64,000 bases of DNA, from contig NIVC01000267.1 of NCBI GenBank assembly GCA_002269645.1, positions 310,001-374,000 of the forward strand, in the 5' to 3' direction. The notes below the pieces were generated by a model, which ran no database searches, had not been told where the DNA came from, and was given only the letters and a program-made list of their open reading frames with translations. The position numbers were made by a program, and so were the translations under genes. This document shows positions 32,201 to 44,745 of the stretch, piece by piece. Every line of letters starts with the position of its first letter. Within the stretch, counting starts at the first letter, position 1. Source of the DNA: Macrostomum lignano. Lineage: Eukaryota.

Positions 32201-34982
32201 TCGTATTGAATCTGGGAGTTAGGGATTTGAGAGTCGTATTGAATCTGGGAGTTAGGGATTTGAGAGTCGTATTGAATCTGGGATTTAGGGATTTGAGAGT
32301 CGTATTGAATCTGGGATTTGGGGATTTGTGAGTCGTATTGAATCTGGGAGTTAGGGATTTTGGAGTCGTATTGAATCTGGGATTTGTGAGCCATGGTTGG
32401 GGATTTGGGATTCTTATTGAATTTTAATCAACTAGTTTCTCATTTTATTCGAGAGCCTTGGTTCGATTCCACCTTGCCAGGTCATTACGCAGTCGATCAA
32501 CATTCCTTCGACGATCTAGCAGAGCACGGAGACTTCAAAAGCCGCGTCGGGCGCGGCGCCAACAGGCGGTACAATGGCCACTCGTCTGCGTCACCGGTGC
32601 GTTTGCTACTACAAGTAGCATTTTAGTGTAGGATTATTATTTTTTGTACCTCTGCTAAACTCCCCGCACCGCAGGTTTCCGCGGCCGTGGCTTCAGCCGC
32701 GTCGCCTCCAAGCGTGCGCGGCGGCAGCGAACCCCCGCCGCTGTCGCTGCTGCACCAGCTCAGCCCGGCCGACGCCGTCGACAACTTCGACGCTGAGGTC
32801 GCAGCCGTCAGCCGGAGGCGCCGCAACCATCCGTCGGCGTCGTCAAGATTGGGCGCCGGTGAGCGTCAGGATGGCGCCAACGCCGCCGCAAGCGCCGCTG
32901 CGTTTGACGAGGAGCGGCGCCATCTCCTGCGCGAGCTGCGCGAGGCGCGGGCGGAAGCGTCGCGCGCTGCGGAGCTGCGCCACCAGCTGGAGGCTGCGCA
33001 CGCGGCGTTAAAAGAAGCCGCCGAAGGCGTCGCCTCGGTGCGGCGCGAGCACGCAACGGCGCTGGCCAGGGAGCGCGCCGAGTCTGAACGGCTGCGCGCC
33101 AGGCTGACGGAGGCCCGCGCCGAGACTGACAAGCTGAGGCGCCGGCTGGCCGCGGCAGAGTCGGAGAGAATGTTTCTGCGGAACAGGGAGCGGGGCGTCG
33201 GGTGAGTCGCTTGACTCCTTCACTGTACACCGACAGATCTGAGATCCCCCCTCAGTCCTCTGACAGATCTGAGATCCCCTCTTAATCCACTGACAGATCT
33301 GAGATCCCCTCTTAATCCACTGACGATCTGAGATCCCCTCTTAATCCACTGACAGATCTGAGATCCCCTCTTAATCCACTAACAGATCTGAGATCCCCTC
33401 TTAATCCACTGACAGATCTGAGATCCCCTCTTAATCGACTGACTATCTGGGATCCCCTCTTAATCCACTAACAGATCTGAGATCCCCTCTTAATCCACTG
33501 ACTGATCTGAAATCCCTCTCAGTCCACTGACTGATGAGATCCCCTCTTAATCCACTAACAGATCTGAGATCCCCTCTTAATCCACTGACAGATCTGAGAT
33601 CCCCTCTTAATCCACTGACGATCTGAGATCCCCTCTTAATCCACTGACAGATCTGAGATCCCCTCTTAATCCACTGACGATCTGAGATCCCCTCTTAATC
33701 GACTGACTATCTGGGATCCCCTCTTAATCCACTGACAGATCTGAAATCCCTCTCAGTCCACTGACAGATGAGATCCCCTCCTAATCCACTGACCGATTTG
33801 AGATCCCCTCTTAATCCACTGACTATCTGAGATCCCTCTCTAACCCCGCTGCTCCCAGGTCTCACTCCCTATCCGGTGACTGGAGCGAAGAGCAGGCTCC
33901 TGAGCAGTCCCGCTTCTCCGCCGGTCTGGACTCCGTTCTGGGCAGCGACGGCCGCCGCAGTCCAACGGAGGCGCTTCGCCAGTCTCTGGCCGATCTGGAA
34001 CGGCGTCAGCTGATTGACAGCCTGCCGCAGGCGAGAGACAGCATGGGCGGTGGCGGCGGTGGCGGTGGCGGTGCCCCAGCCTGGGACAGGGACGCCCAGC
34101 TGGCCGAGATTCGAACCCTGGAGCAGCGCTACGATCAGCTGCAGTTGGAGAAGCGACGGGTAGAGACGGCGCTCAATCACGTGCCGAGCGTCGGGTCGGC
34201 CAAGTACGGCCGGCAGAGTCGTGAGGACAAGGTGAGTAGGTCACTGCTGTTCTGAAATGGGCCGTTTTAACTGCTGAGTAAAGGCTGTTTCTATACAAAA
34301 ATGCGTCTATTCACAAGGTGTCTGAGGACTCAACGGGTTCGCAGCGCTGCCGCCGTAGCAGCAAAAGCAGCAACAGCAAGAAACATCGAAGCAATCAGAA
34401 TCAGCTAAAGACTGTTAAAACTAGAGGCAGTACTGCAAAAAAGAAATCTGCCTACTTTAACCAGTAGTTAGTTGCTTTAAGAGTATTTAGACTATGTATT
34501 TAAGCTATAGTCGCTTTTAGTACCAATTATTATAATCATGTAGGAATGCAGTGTCAGCCTGGCATAATGCGTAAATTCCAGAGTGTCAGCTTGGTGTCAG
34601 GCATAGATTCCGGGGTGTCAGATAGCTTGGTGTCAGGCATAGATTCCGGGGTGTCAGATAGCTTGGTGTCAGGCATAGATTCCGGGGTGTCAGATAGCTT
34701 GGTGTCAGGCATAGATTCCGGGGTGTCAGATAGCTTGGTGTCAGGCGTAGATTCCGGGGTCAGGTTAGAATCATGCGTTGTTTCCAGAGTGTCATTACCT
34801 GCCTCTTAGTTTGCTTGTTTCGCCAGCTACTCGCATATATTACTCACAGTAGCAAATGCTAATCCTAAGCACTGAATTTTTCGCAGGAACGGCTGGAGAA
34901 ACGATTGGACAGTATTGACAGGGAGCTGGGCTCTCTGCGCATCACGCTGCGTCAGTATCATGTGATCAGGTCCACCTGCTGA
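29290..34982 (+). CDS. MPHOSPH9: M-phase phosphoprotein 9-like centriolar coiled-coil protein, ~750 aa; exons 29290..29718, 29963..30046, 30147..30254, 30951..31470, 32481..32596, 32675..33201, 33859..34231, 34887..34982
   Basis: All seven GT-AG introns are phase-consistent (0,0,0,1,0,2,0) and give one stop-free 2253-nt frame. The C-terminus YDQLQLEKRRVETALNHVPS...ERLEKRLDSIDRELGSLRITLRQYHVIRST matches remembered human MPHOSPH9 FDELTKEKDQIEAALSRMPS...EALEDRLERINRELGSVRMTLKKFHVLRTS. The N-terminal acidic exon is not recognisably conserved, and the start could be 29275. Confidence 0.8.
29758..29950. repeat. ~35-38-bp degenerate minisatellite in MPHOSPH9-like intron 1
   Basis: tgcatgacccaatcctgacactctagaatctatc-like units. 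Confidence 0.85.
30325..30938. repeat. 30-bp minisatellite (gcctactgcacacccactctgacccaaaga), 20 copies, MPHOSPH9-like intron 3
   Basis: Exact 30-bp periodicity, ending 12 bp before the acceptor. Confidence 0.97.
31505..32412. repeat. 33-bp minisatellite (gtcgtattgaatctgggagttagggatttgaga), ~27 copies, MPHOSPH9-like intron 4
   Basis: 11-aa periodicity in the spurious ORFs. Confidence 0.97.
33228..33842. repeat. ~30-bp minisatellite (cagatctgagatcccctcttaatccact(g/a)a), ~20 copies, MPHOSPH9-like intron 6
   Basis: Tandem units filling nearly the whole intron. Confidence 0.96.
34588..34762. repeat. 36-bp minisatellite, ~4.7 copies, MPHOSPH9-like intron 7
   Basis: gcttggtgtcaggcatagattccggggtgtcagata units. 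Confidence 0.93.
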
Positions 34983-35128
34983 CCCCAGATGACCCCGTTG
35001 ACCTTGATTTATTAATCGAATTATTCGTAGGATAATTGGCTTAATTTGCTAATCGCTGTTTCTCCTGACACTTCCAGCTCATTAGCAGCTGCCTTAAACA
35101 TTTCTCCTCTCTAATTTCCACGAAAATA

Positions 35129-36776
35129 ATGCTCGAATTATACTACTACTACTGGCTAGTAAGTAGTTTTCACGTTCAGCAGCTTATTTTTTAATTAATT
35201 AGCAAAACTTTTATAAAGTATACTTTTCATAGTTAATATTTTTGTAATTTTTTGCATAATGCGGCCAAAGCTTCTGCTTATATTCTTTATGCTTAAGCCT
35301 AATCCGTGCCCCGGGTCTGACCAACCCCCAGCCTTGGGTTTTTGAGATGCGTTCTCGATTGTTTCCGTCATTCGCACTTTTTTCTTCTGTGTGAATTATT
35401 ATCGCGCTAAGCATTGTAACAGATCAGCGTACTGCATCCATTGTTTCCCACTTAATTCAATTATTAAAACCGAGTTCCGTCTGGCAAAGTTTTTTTTCTT
35501 TGTTTGTAAACTTTGTTTGTTTGCTTCAGTAATTTCTATTTTATTATTTTTATGAAAAATTACATGAGCTAGGCTATAGACAGGAGAGTTCTGAGCTAAG
35601 CTCAGTGTCTCTAATCCCAATTCAATTTCCCTAATCCCAATTCATTATCCGTAATCCCAATTCATAATCCGTAATCCAAATTCATTATCCCTAATCCCAA
35701 TTCAGTGTCCTTTATCCCAATCCCAATTCAGTGTCCCTAATCCCAATTCAGTGTCCCTAACCCCAATTCATTATCCGTAATCCCAATTCATTATCCCTAA
35801 TCCCAATTCATGATCCCCAACCCCAATTAATTATCCCTAATCCCAATTCATTATCTCTAATCCCAATTCAGTGTCCGTAATCCCAATCCAAAAAGCTCTA
35901 TTCGCACTCACAGCCAGAGACCCCGACTTGGACAGCCAGCACATCACTGGGAAAAGGAATTTCAGTAGCTTACTATCTGCACCGCCGCAGTTCCAGATCA
36001 GCTCCGGCTTCACCCACCCAGCCGCCTCGTCGGCCATGGAGCCGCCCGGCCAGGCCGCCACCATCTACGGCTGCTGCCGGAAGCGCCACGGCAGCCTGGA
36101 CGGCGAGTCGGCCGCCCCGGCCACGAAGCTCTTCCTCACCGAGGAGGCCGTGGCCGCCAATCTCGGCCAGCTGTCCTTGGAGGCCGCGGCCAGGCTGACG
36201 GACGAGTCCGCGGCCGCTGCTCCTGCCGAGCAGCTGGCGACTGACGAGCAGCAGCAGCAGCAGCTTCGGCTGACTGTCTCCAGCCCGGAGGTTGCCCGCC
36301 TCATCGATCTGCAGGCGTCGTCGGCTGCTACTGCCTCGGCCGCGCCCACCACCGCTGCTGCTTCTCTGCTGCCGACTTCGTCAGCGGCTGCTCTGCCACC
36401 GGCCATCGCTGAGCGGGTGGCAGCTGCCAGCCGCCTGCTGTGCGAGCAGCCGCCGCCCCCGCCCGCTCCGCCTGGCGGCAACGACTGTCGCCAGCTGGTG
36501 CTGTGGCAGCCGCCGCCGCAGCTGTCGACGCTGCCGCCAGCTGGTGAGGACGCGCGCGACATCCTTAAAGCTGTCCGGCGGGACAAACGGCAGCAGCAGC
36601 GAGGCAAGCAGGAGCAGCAAGCCAGCTTTGCCCTGCAGCCCGAGCTTCAGCTGCAAACCATGGAGGCTGAGGAAGCCGGCGCCGCTGATGCCGCGGCCGT
36701 CACCTCCGACATTGACCTGCTGGATGCCGATGCAAATAGCGGCTTCGACACCGATGCGGACATGATGGACCTCTGA
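35129..36776 (+). CDS. HCFC1R1(HPIP)/CCDC117-family-like protein; model join(35129..35158, 35991..36776), 271 aa, or 246 aa from ATG 36036
   Basis: RKRH...KLFLTEEAVAANLGQLSL resembles remembered HCFC1R1 KQFLSEENMATHFSQLSL. CRQLVLWQP resembles CSELLLWRYP (HCFC1R1) and MELVLWKP (CCDC117). The C-terminal DMMDL* resembles DIMEL*/EEMEL*. Strong acceptor ccgccgcAG at 35990. An upstream ATG at 35129 gives exactly 10 codons before a perfect GTAAGT donor at 35159, in frame. Confidence 0.7.
35600..35890. repeat. ~20-bp minisatellite (taatcccaattcattatccc / taatcccaattcagtgtccc)
   Basis: Tandem units in the predicted first intron of the HCFC1R1-like gene. Confidence 0.92.
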
Positions 36777-36824
36777 TTATTACTGACTGACTCAGCTGAG
36801 CTCTGAGACTCCCAGTGCGGTCTG

Positions 36825-36828
36825 TGCC

Positions 36829-36861
<33 letters not shown>

Positions 36862-36885
36862 TAGTGTCTGTCTGTCTTAGTGTCT

Positions 36886-36940
<55 letters not shown>

Positions 36941-37290
36941 GCCTGCCTGCCTGTCTGTCTGTCTGTCTGTTTTAGTGTCTGTCTGTCTTAGTGTCTTCTG
37001 TCTGTCTGCCTGTCTGTCTGCCTGCCTGTCTGTCTGTCTGCCTGCCTGCCTGTCTGTCTGTCTGTCTTAGTGTCTGTCTGTCTTAGTGTCTTCTGTCTGT
37101 CTGTCTGCCTGTCTGTCTGTCTGCCTGTCTGTCTGTCTGTCTGCCTGCCTGTCTGTCTGTCTGTCTATCTTAGTGTCTGTCTGTCTATCTGTCTGTCTGT
37201 CTGTCTGTCAGTCAGTCTGTCTGTCTGTCTATCTTAGTGTCTGTCTTAGTGTCTGTCTGTCTGTCTATCTGTCTGTCTGTCTGTCAGTCA

Positions 37291-37346
<56 letters not shown>

Positions 37347-37370
37347 GTCTGTCTGTCTGTCTGTCAGTCA

Positions 37371-37422
<52 letters not shown>

Positions 37423-37452
37423 TAGTGTCTGTCTGTCTGTCTGTCTGTCTGT
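36825..37452. repeat. Interrupted (TCTG)n microsatellite 3' of the HCFC1R1-like stop codon
   Basis: TCTG runs interrupted by cttagtg and gcct. Confidence 0.97.
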
Positions 37453-38864
37453 CCCCAATCAGCCTGCTCTCTCTGCCCGCTCCGTCTCTTTCAGTACAGC
37501 CCGCCCCGCAGCGGCCAGTATAAATGCACTTTAGCTGATTGTTTAAAGCGTGAAAGCTCCCCTTGAATTCTTGTGCCCAGCCTCTCAATTTCTAATCATA
37601 AAGCTTCCAGTTTTATCAGTTGTACAATGGAACTGGTAATTATTAACTGAATATTGCAGGCATCTGTTTATCATAAATAGTTTCGGCGCTGACTCCAGCG
37701 TCTCTTAGTTCTTAAATTAATGAATACTAATTAGTTTATTCTGCTTGCGGTTTGTAAATATATATACTACTCGAATATTAAACAGCCATTAGTAGCATGA
37801 ATGTGCAATGTGCAATCATTTAAATTTGCTGCTGTGTCACAGCATTGCGTATTCTGCCATCCATGAGCTCATAACCTGTGCGCATCATATTGTGCTTGAG
37901 GCAGAACTGCACATATACTCAGTATAATAAATCTGAAACACAAACTGCCAATGCAGTGTCTGTCAAAAGTAAGAATTATTCCAAGGAAAAATGTCTGTAT
38001 TTTTTTTGTTTTGACGCAAAATAGTTTCCGGCATTCGGATGGCCGGCCCAGGAGGTCACGCGGGGTCACCAGCTGCTCGAATCACGCGACTCTCCGGATG
38101 GGGGAGGCAGCAGGCCAATTAGACTCAAATTTTGCTGCCGTCTGAGCAGGGCAGCAGGGGACTTGAACCATCAGGATTGACTGTTTGGGATAATCTTTTA
38201 GCCATTTCCTGCCTGCCACCTGCTCTGCTCCTGCGAGTCCCCTGACTGGGATTGGGAAGCCGCCTCCCCCCTGAATTCCCATCGATTTCAGACCTCCCCC
38301 TCTCTTAAAGTATTTTTTTTGCTTCTCACGTGCTCCGTCTCTCTCTCGAGCTCCGCCTTCTCTTTAGCTGCAGGCCGGGAAGTCCTGCGGCTTCCCGAGC
38401 TTCCTGTAGCTTTCAGCCTTCCTTTGTTTTGAACTGTTTTGTGGCAAGTCTTTGTCCAGAAATACTCGTATCGGGAGATCGAGCTAAAAAATAAAATCCT
38501 TCAAGTTTGGCTAAAGGATTGAAGTATTCTGGCTCTTCTCCCGGCATGCCGTAGGGATTGCATGAGTACAGTCCCCCTGACACATTGTGCAATGTGGCTG
38601 GACAAATGTTCTTATTCTTAATGGGAGATTAGGGTTAGGCAGTTTGCCCTGGCATGCATTGAATGCGTGAGGGAGACGGAGAATGCCGGCAGACTGGAAA
38701 GGAGGTGAAAGTCCGGGGCAAGGGCGATGGGCTAGAAAGATTTAGCTGAGGAGTTTAGGGACATTTTATAGATATGGGAAAGCTCTCAAAAACAGGGCAA
38801 GTAGGAAAGTGACAGTGAAGGTGTGAGCTCACAGACTGGTAAAAGGGGAGTTGAGAGATAGACA

Positions 38865-39440
38865 AGAAGGTACCTGACAGAAAGACAAGAAGGTACCTGA
38901 CAGAAAGTCAAGAAGGTACCTGACAGAAAGACAAGAAGGTACCTGACAGAAAGACAAGAAGGTACCTGACAGAAAGGAAAAAAAGTGACCTGACAGAAAG
39001 GAAAAAAAGTGACCTGACAGAAAGGAAAAGAAGGTACCTGACAGAAAGGAAAAGAAGGTACCTGACAGAAAGGAAAAAAAGGTACTTGACAGAAAGGCAA
39101 GAAGGGACCTGACAGAAAGAAAAGAAGGTACCTGACAGAATGGAAAAGAAGGTACCTGACAGAAAGGAAAAGAAGTGACCTGATAGTAAGTAAAAAAGGT
39201 ACCTGACAGAAAGGAAAAGAAGTGACCTGACAGACAATAAAAGAAGGTACCTGACAAAAAGGAAAAGAAGGTACCTGACAGACAATATAAGAAGGTACCT
39301 GACAGAAAGGAAAAGAAGTGACCTCACAGAAAGGAAAAGAAGGTACCTGACAGAAAGGCAAGAAGGGACCTGACAGAAAGGAAAAGAAGGTACCTGACAG
39401 AAGGGCAAGAAGGGACCTGACGGAAAGGAAAAGAAGGCCC
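38865..39440. repeat. 20-24-bp purine-rich minisatellite (ggtacctgacagaaaggaaaagaa)
   Basis: Tandem units of two lengths. Confidence 0.95.
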
Positions 39441-40029
39441 TTGACAAACAGGGAGCAAGGAGCTCACACACTGGAAGAATTTCCGCATACAAATCAGCTT
39501 GCGCGTGAGAGATCCCAGCAGTGTTTTGAGATCCCAGCGCAAGGCAAAATAAGGGAAATAAAGAATGACGGACTAAGAGAATCGGCCAGATCAATATGTT
39601 GCAGTCCGGGGCATCGGAATGGGGAAGGAGAAAAACGGGAAACGAGAGAGAGGAGAGGGAGGGAGACGGACTCGCCACCTGCATTCGTGTCTGACTTTTT
39701 TGCTCAGCATCCTATACAGGGATTACACAAAGCCAGTGCATTAGCCGTAGTCATAAAGAAAATTGAAACGCGAGACAGAGGAGAGGAAGATTGTGGACGG
39801 AGGGAAGCACAAAGGTGTATGTATGGCTTATTTTGCAACCACAATATGCAGCTGCTTGCCATTGCGGCAACAAACAGATTTTGCAGATTGTCGCGCAGGC
39901 TCCGCCTCTGCCTCTTTCGCTTTGTCGAGCAGAACGGGTGCGCCGAAGGCTTCGCGACTGACTTGCTAATATTGCGGCTACCGGCCCTGCTGAGTGTCTG
40001 CCTTGCCTGTCCCTCCCTGTCTCTCCGGT

Positions 40030-43000
40030 ATCCCAGTGTCTCTATCCAGTGTCTCATATTGTCCCTGATCCCAGTGTCTCATTTTGTCCCTGATCCCAGT
40101 GTCTCATATTGTCCCTGATCCCAGTGTCTCATATTGTCCCTGATCCCAGTATCTCATATTGTCCCTGATCCCAGTATCTCATATTGTTCCTGATCCCAGT
40201 GTCTCATATTGTCCCTGATCCCAGTATCTCATTTTGTCCCTGATCCCAGCGTCTCATATTGTCCCTGATCCCAGTATCTCATATTGTCCCTGATCCCAGT
40301 ATCTCATATTGTTCCTGATCCCAGTGTCTCATATTGTCCCTGATCCCAGTGTCTCATATTGTCACTGATCCCAGTGTCTCATATTGTCCCTGATCCCAGT
40401 GTCTCATATTGTTCCTGATCCCAGTGTCTCATATTGTCCCTGATCCCAGTGTCTCATATTGTCCCTGATCCCAGTGTCTCATATTGTCCCTGATCCTAGT
40501 GTCTCATATTGTCCCTGATCCCAGCGTCTCATATTGTCCCTGATCCCAGTGTCTCATATTGTCCCTGATCCCAGTATCTCATATTGTCCCTGATCCCAGC
40601 GTCTCATATTGTCCCTGATCCCAGTGTCTCATATTGTCCCTGATCCCAGTGTCTCATATTGTCCTTGATCCCAGTGTCTCATATTGTCCCTGATCCCAGT
40701 GTCTCATACTGTCCCTGATCCCAGTGTCTCATGTTGTCCCTGATCCCAGTGTCTCATATTGTCCCTGATCCCAGTATCTTATATTGTCCCTGATCCCAAA
40801 TCTTGTATTGTCCCTGATCCCAGTATCTCATATTGTTCCTGATCCCAGTGTCTCATATTGTCCCTGATCCCAGTATCTCATTTTGTCCCTGATCCCAGCG
40901 TCTCATATTGTCCCTGATCCCAGTATCTCATATTGTCCCTGATCCCAGTATCTCATATTGTTCCTGATCCCAGTGTCTCATATTGTCCCTGATCCCAGTG
41001 TCTCATATTGTCACTGATCCCAGTGTCTCATATTGTCCCTGATCCCAGTGTCTCATATTGTTCCTGATCCCAGTGTCTCATATTGTCCCTGATCCCAGTG
41101 TCTCATATTGTCCCTGATCCCAGTGTCTCATATTGTCCCTGATCCTAGTGTCTCATATTGTCCCTGATCCCAGCGTCTCATATTGTCCCTGATCCCAGTG
41201 TCTCATATTGTCCCTGATCCCAGTATCTCATATTGTCCCTGATCCCAGCGTCTCATATTGTCCCTGATCCCAGTGTCTCATATTGTCCCTGATCCCAGTG
41301 TCTCATATTGTCCTTGATCCCAGTGTCTCATATTGTCCCTGATCCCAGTGTCTCATACTGTCCCTGATCCCAGTGTCTCATGTTGTCCCTGATCCCAGTG
41401 TCTCATATTGTCCCTGATCCCAGTATCTTATATTGTCCCTGATCCCAAATCTTGTATTGTCCCTGATCCCAGTATCTTATATTGTCCCTGATCCCAAATC
41501 TTATATTGTCCCTGATCCCAGTATCTTATATTGTCCCTGATCCCAGTGTCTCATATTGTCCCTGATCCAGCGTCTCATATTGTCCCTGATCCCAGTGTCT
41601 CATATTGTCCCTGATCCCAGTGTCTCAAATTGTCCCTGATCCCAGTATCTCATATTGTCCCTGATCCCAGTATCTTATATTGTCCCTGATCCCAAATCTT
41701 ATATTGTCCCTGATCCCAGTGTCTTATATTGTCCCTGATCCCAGTGTCTCATATTGTCCCTGATCCCAGTGTCTCAAATTGTCCCTGATCCCAGTGTCTC
41801 ATATTGTCCCTGATCCCAGTGTCTCATATTGTCCCTGATCCCAGCGTCTCATATTGTCCCTGATCCCAGTGTCTCATATTGTCCCTGATCCCAGCGTCTC
41901 ATATTGTCCCTGATCCCAGTGTCTCATATTGTCCCTGATCCCAGTGTCTCATATTGTCCCTGATCCCAGTGTCTCAAATTGTCCCTGATCCCAGTGTCTC
42001 AAATTGTCCCTGATCCCAGTATCTCATATTGTCCCTGATCCCAGTATCTTATATTGTCCCTGATCCCAAATCTTATATTGTCCCTGATCCCAGTATCTTA
42101 TATTGTCCCTGATCCCAAATCTTATATTGTCCCTGATCCCAGTGTATCATATTGTCCCTGATCCCAGTGTCTCAAATTGTCCCTGATCCCAGTATCTCAT
42201 ATTGTCCCTGATCCAAGTATCTTATATTGTCCCTGATCCCAAATCTTGTATTGTCCCTGATCCCAGTATCTTATATTGTCCCTGATCCAAAATCTAATAT
42301 TGTCCCTGATCCCAAATCTTATATTGTCCCTGATCCCAGTGTCTCATATTGTCCCTGATCCCAGCGTCTCATATTGTCCCTGATCCCAGTGTCTCAAATT
42401 GTCCCTGATCCCAGTGTCTCAAATTGTCCCTGATCCCAGTATCTCATATTGTCCCTGATCCCAGTATCTTATATTGTCCCTGATCCCAAATCTTGTATTG
42501 TCCCTGATCCCAGTGTCTCATATTGTCCCTGATCCCAGTGTCTCATATTGTCCCTGATCCCAGTGTCTCATATTGTCCCTGATCCCAGTGTCTCATATTG
42601 TCCCTGATCCCAGCGTCTCATATTGTCCCTGATCCCAGTGTCTCATATTGTCCTTGATCCCAGCGTCTCATACTGTCCCTGATCCCAGTGTCTCATATTG
42701 TCCCTGATCCCAGTGTCTCAAATTGTCCCTGATCCCAGTATCTCATATTGTCCCTGATCCCAGTATCTTATATTGTCCCTGATCCCAAATCTTATATTGT
42801 CCCTGATCCCAGTATCTTACATGTATATTGTCCCTGATCCCAAATCTTATATTGTCCCTGATCCCAGTGTCTCATATTGTCCCTGATCCCAGTATCTCAT
42901 ATTGTCCCTGATCCCAGTGTCTCATATTGTCCCTGATCCCAGCGTCTCATATTGTCCGTGATCCCAGTGTCTCATATTGTTCCTGATCCGTGTCTCATAT

Positions 43001-44745
43001 TGTCCCTGATCCCAGCGTCTCATATTGTCCCTGATCCCAGTGTCTCATATTGTCCCTGATCCCAGTGTCTCATATTGTCCCTGATCCCAGCGTCTCATAT
43101 TGTCCCTGATCCCAGTGTATCATATTGTCCCTGATCCCAGTGTCTCAAATTGTCCCTGATCCCAGTATCTCATATTGTCCCTGATCCCAGTATCTTATAT
43201 TGTCCCTGATCCCAAATTTTGTATTGTCCCTGATCCCAGTATCTTATATTGTCCCTGATCCCAAATCTTATATTGTCCCTGATCCCAAATCTTATATTGT
43301 CCCTGATCCAAGTATCTTATATTGTCCCTGATCCCAGTGTCTCATATTGTCCCTGATCCCAGCGTCTCATATTGTCCCTGATCCCAGTGTCTCATATTGT
43401 TCCTGATCCCAGTGTCTAATATTGTTCCTGATCCCAGTGTCTCATATTGTCCCTGATCCCAGTGTCTCATATTGTCCCTGATCCTAGTGTCTCATATTGT
43501 CCCTGATCCCAGTGTCTCAAATTGTCCCTGATCCCAGTATCTCATATTGTCCCTGATCCCAGTATCTTATATTGTCCCTGATCCCAAATCTTATATTTTC
43601 CTGATCCCAGTATCTTATATTGTCCATGATCCCAAATCTTATATTGTCCCTGATCCCAGTGTCTCATATTGTCTCTGATCCCAGTGTCTCATATTGTCTC
43701 TGATCCCAGTGTCTCATATTGTCCCTGATCCCAGTGTCTCTATCCAGTGTCTTATATTCTTATATTGTCCCTGATCCCTGTGTCTCATTTCGCCCCTGAT
43801 CCCAGTATCTTATATTGTCCCTGATCCCAGTGTCTCATATTGTCCCTGATCCCAGTATCTTATATTGTTCCTTGATCCCAGTGTCTCTATCCAGTGTCTA
43901 TTGTCCCTGATCCCAGATCTTATATTGTCCCTGATCCAAGTATCTTATATTGTCCCTGATCCAAGTATCTTATATTGTCCCTGATCCAAGTATCTTATAT
44001 TGTCCCTGATCCCAGTATCTCTATTCAGTGTCTCATATTGTCCCTGATCCCAGTGTCTCATATTGTCCCTGATCCCAGTGTCTCATATTGTCCCTGATCC
44101 CAGTGTCTCATATTGTCCCTGATCCTAGTGTCTCATATTGTCCCTGATCCCAGCGTCTCATATTGTCCCTGATCCCAGTGTCTCATATTGTCCCTGATCC
44201 CAGTGTCTCATATTCTCCCTGATCCCAGTATCTCATATTGTCCCTGATCCCAGTGTCTCATATTGTCCCTGATCCCAGTGTCTCATATTGTCCCTGATCC
44301 CAGTATCTCATATTGTCCCTGATCCCAGTATCTTATATTGTCCCTGATCCAAGTATCTTATATTGTCCCTGATCCCAGTATCTTATATTGTCCCTGATCC
44401 AAGTATCTTATATTGTCCCTGATCCAAGTATCTTATATTGTCCCTGATCCAAGTATCTCTATCCAGTGTCTTATATTGTCCCTGATCCCAGTGTCTTATA
44501 TTGTCCCTGATCCCAGCGTCTCATATTGTCCCTGATCACAGTGTCTCATTGTCCCTGATCCCAGTGTCTCATATTGTCCCTGATCCCAGTGTCTCATATT
44601 GTCCCTGATCCCAGTGTCTCATATTGTCCCTGATCCCAGTGTCTCATATTGTCCCTGATCCCAGTATCTCATATTGTTCCTGATCCCAGTGTCTCATATT
44701 GTCCCTGATCCCAGCGTCTCATATTGTCCCTGATCCCAGCGCCTA
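40030..44745. repeat. 4.7-kb 25-bp satellite (tgatcccagtgtctcatattgtccc), ~190 units
   Basis: Directly visible, with a 24-bp variant (tgatcccaaatcttatattgtccc). Confidence 0.99.

Noticed and set aside
32458-32470. tRNA B-box-like ggttcgattcc
   Set aside because: Isolated, with no A-box or cloverleaf; it lies in the polypyrimidine region of an acceptor.
39760-39990. Possible orphan exons between two arrays (ttttgcAG at ~39887, GTGCGC donor at ~39937)
   Set aside because: No partner exons or recognisable protein motif. The overlapping ORFs are partly repeat-derived.
40030-44745. CRISPR-like regularity in this and other arrays
   Set aside because: Head-to-tail monomers with no unique spacers, no cas genes, and a eukaryotic context. 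The 23-bp array with variable cores has only three cores, and these are themselves amplified.
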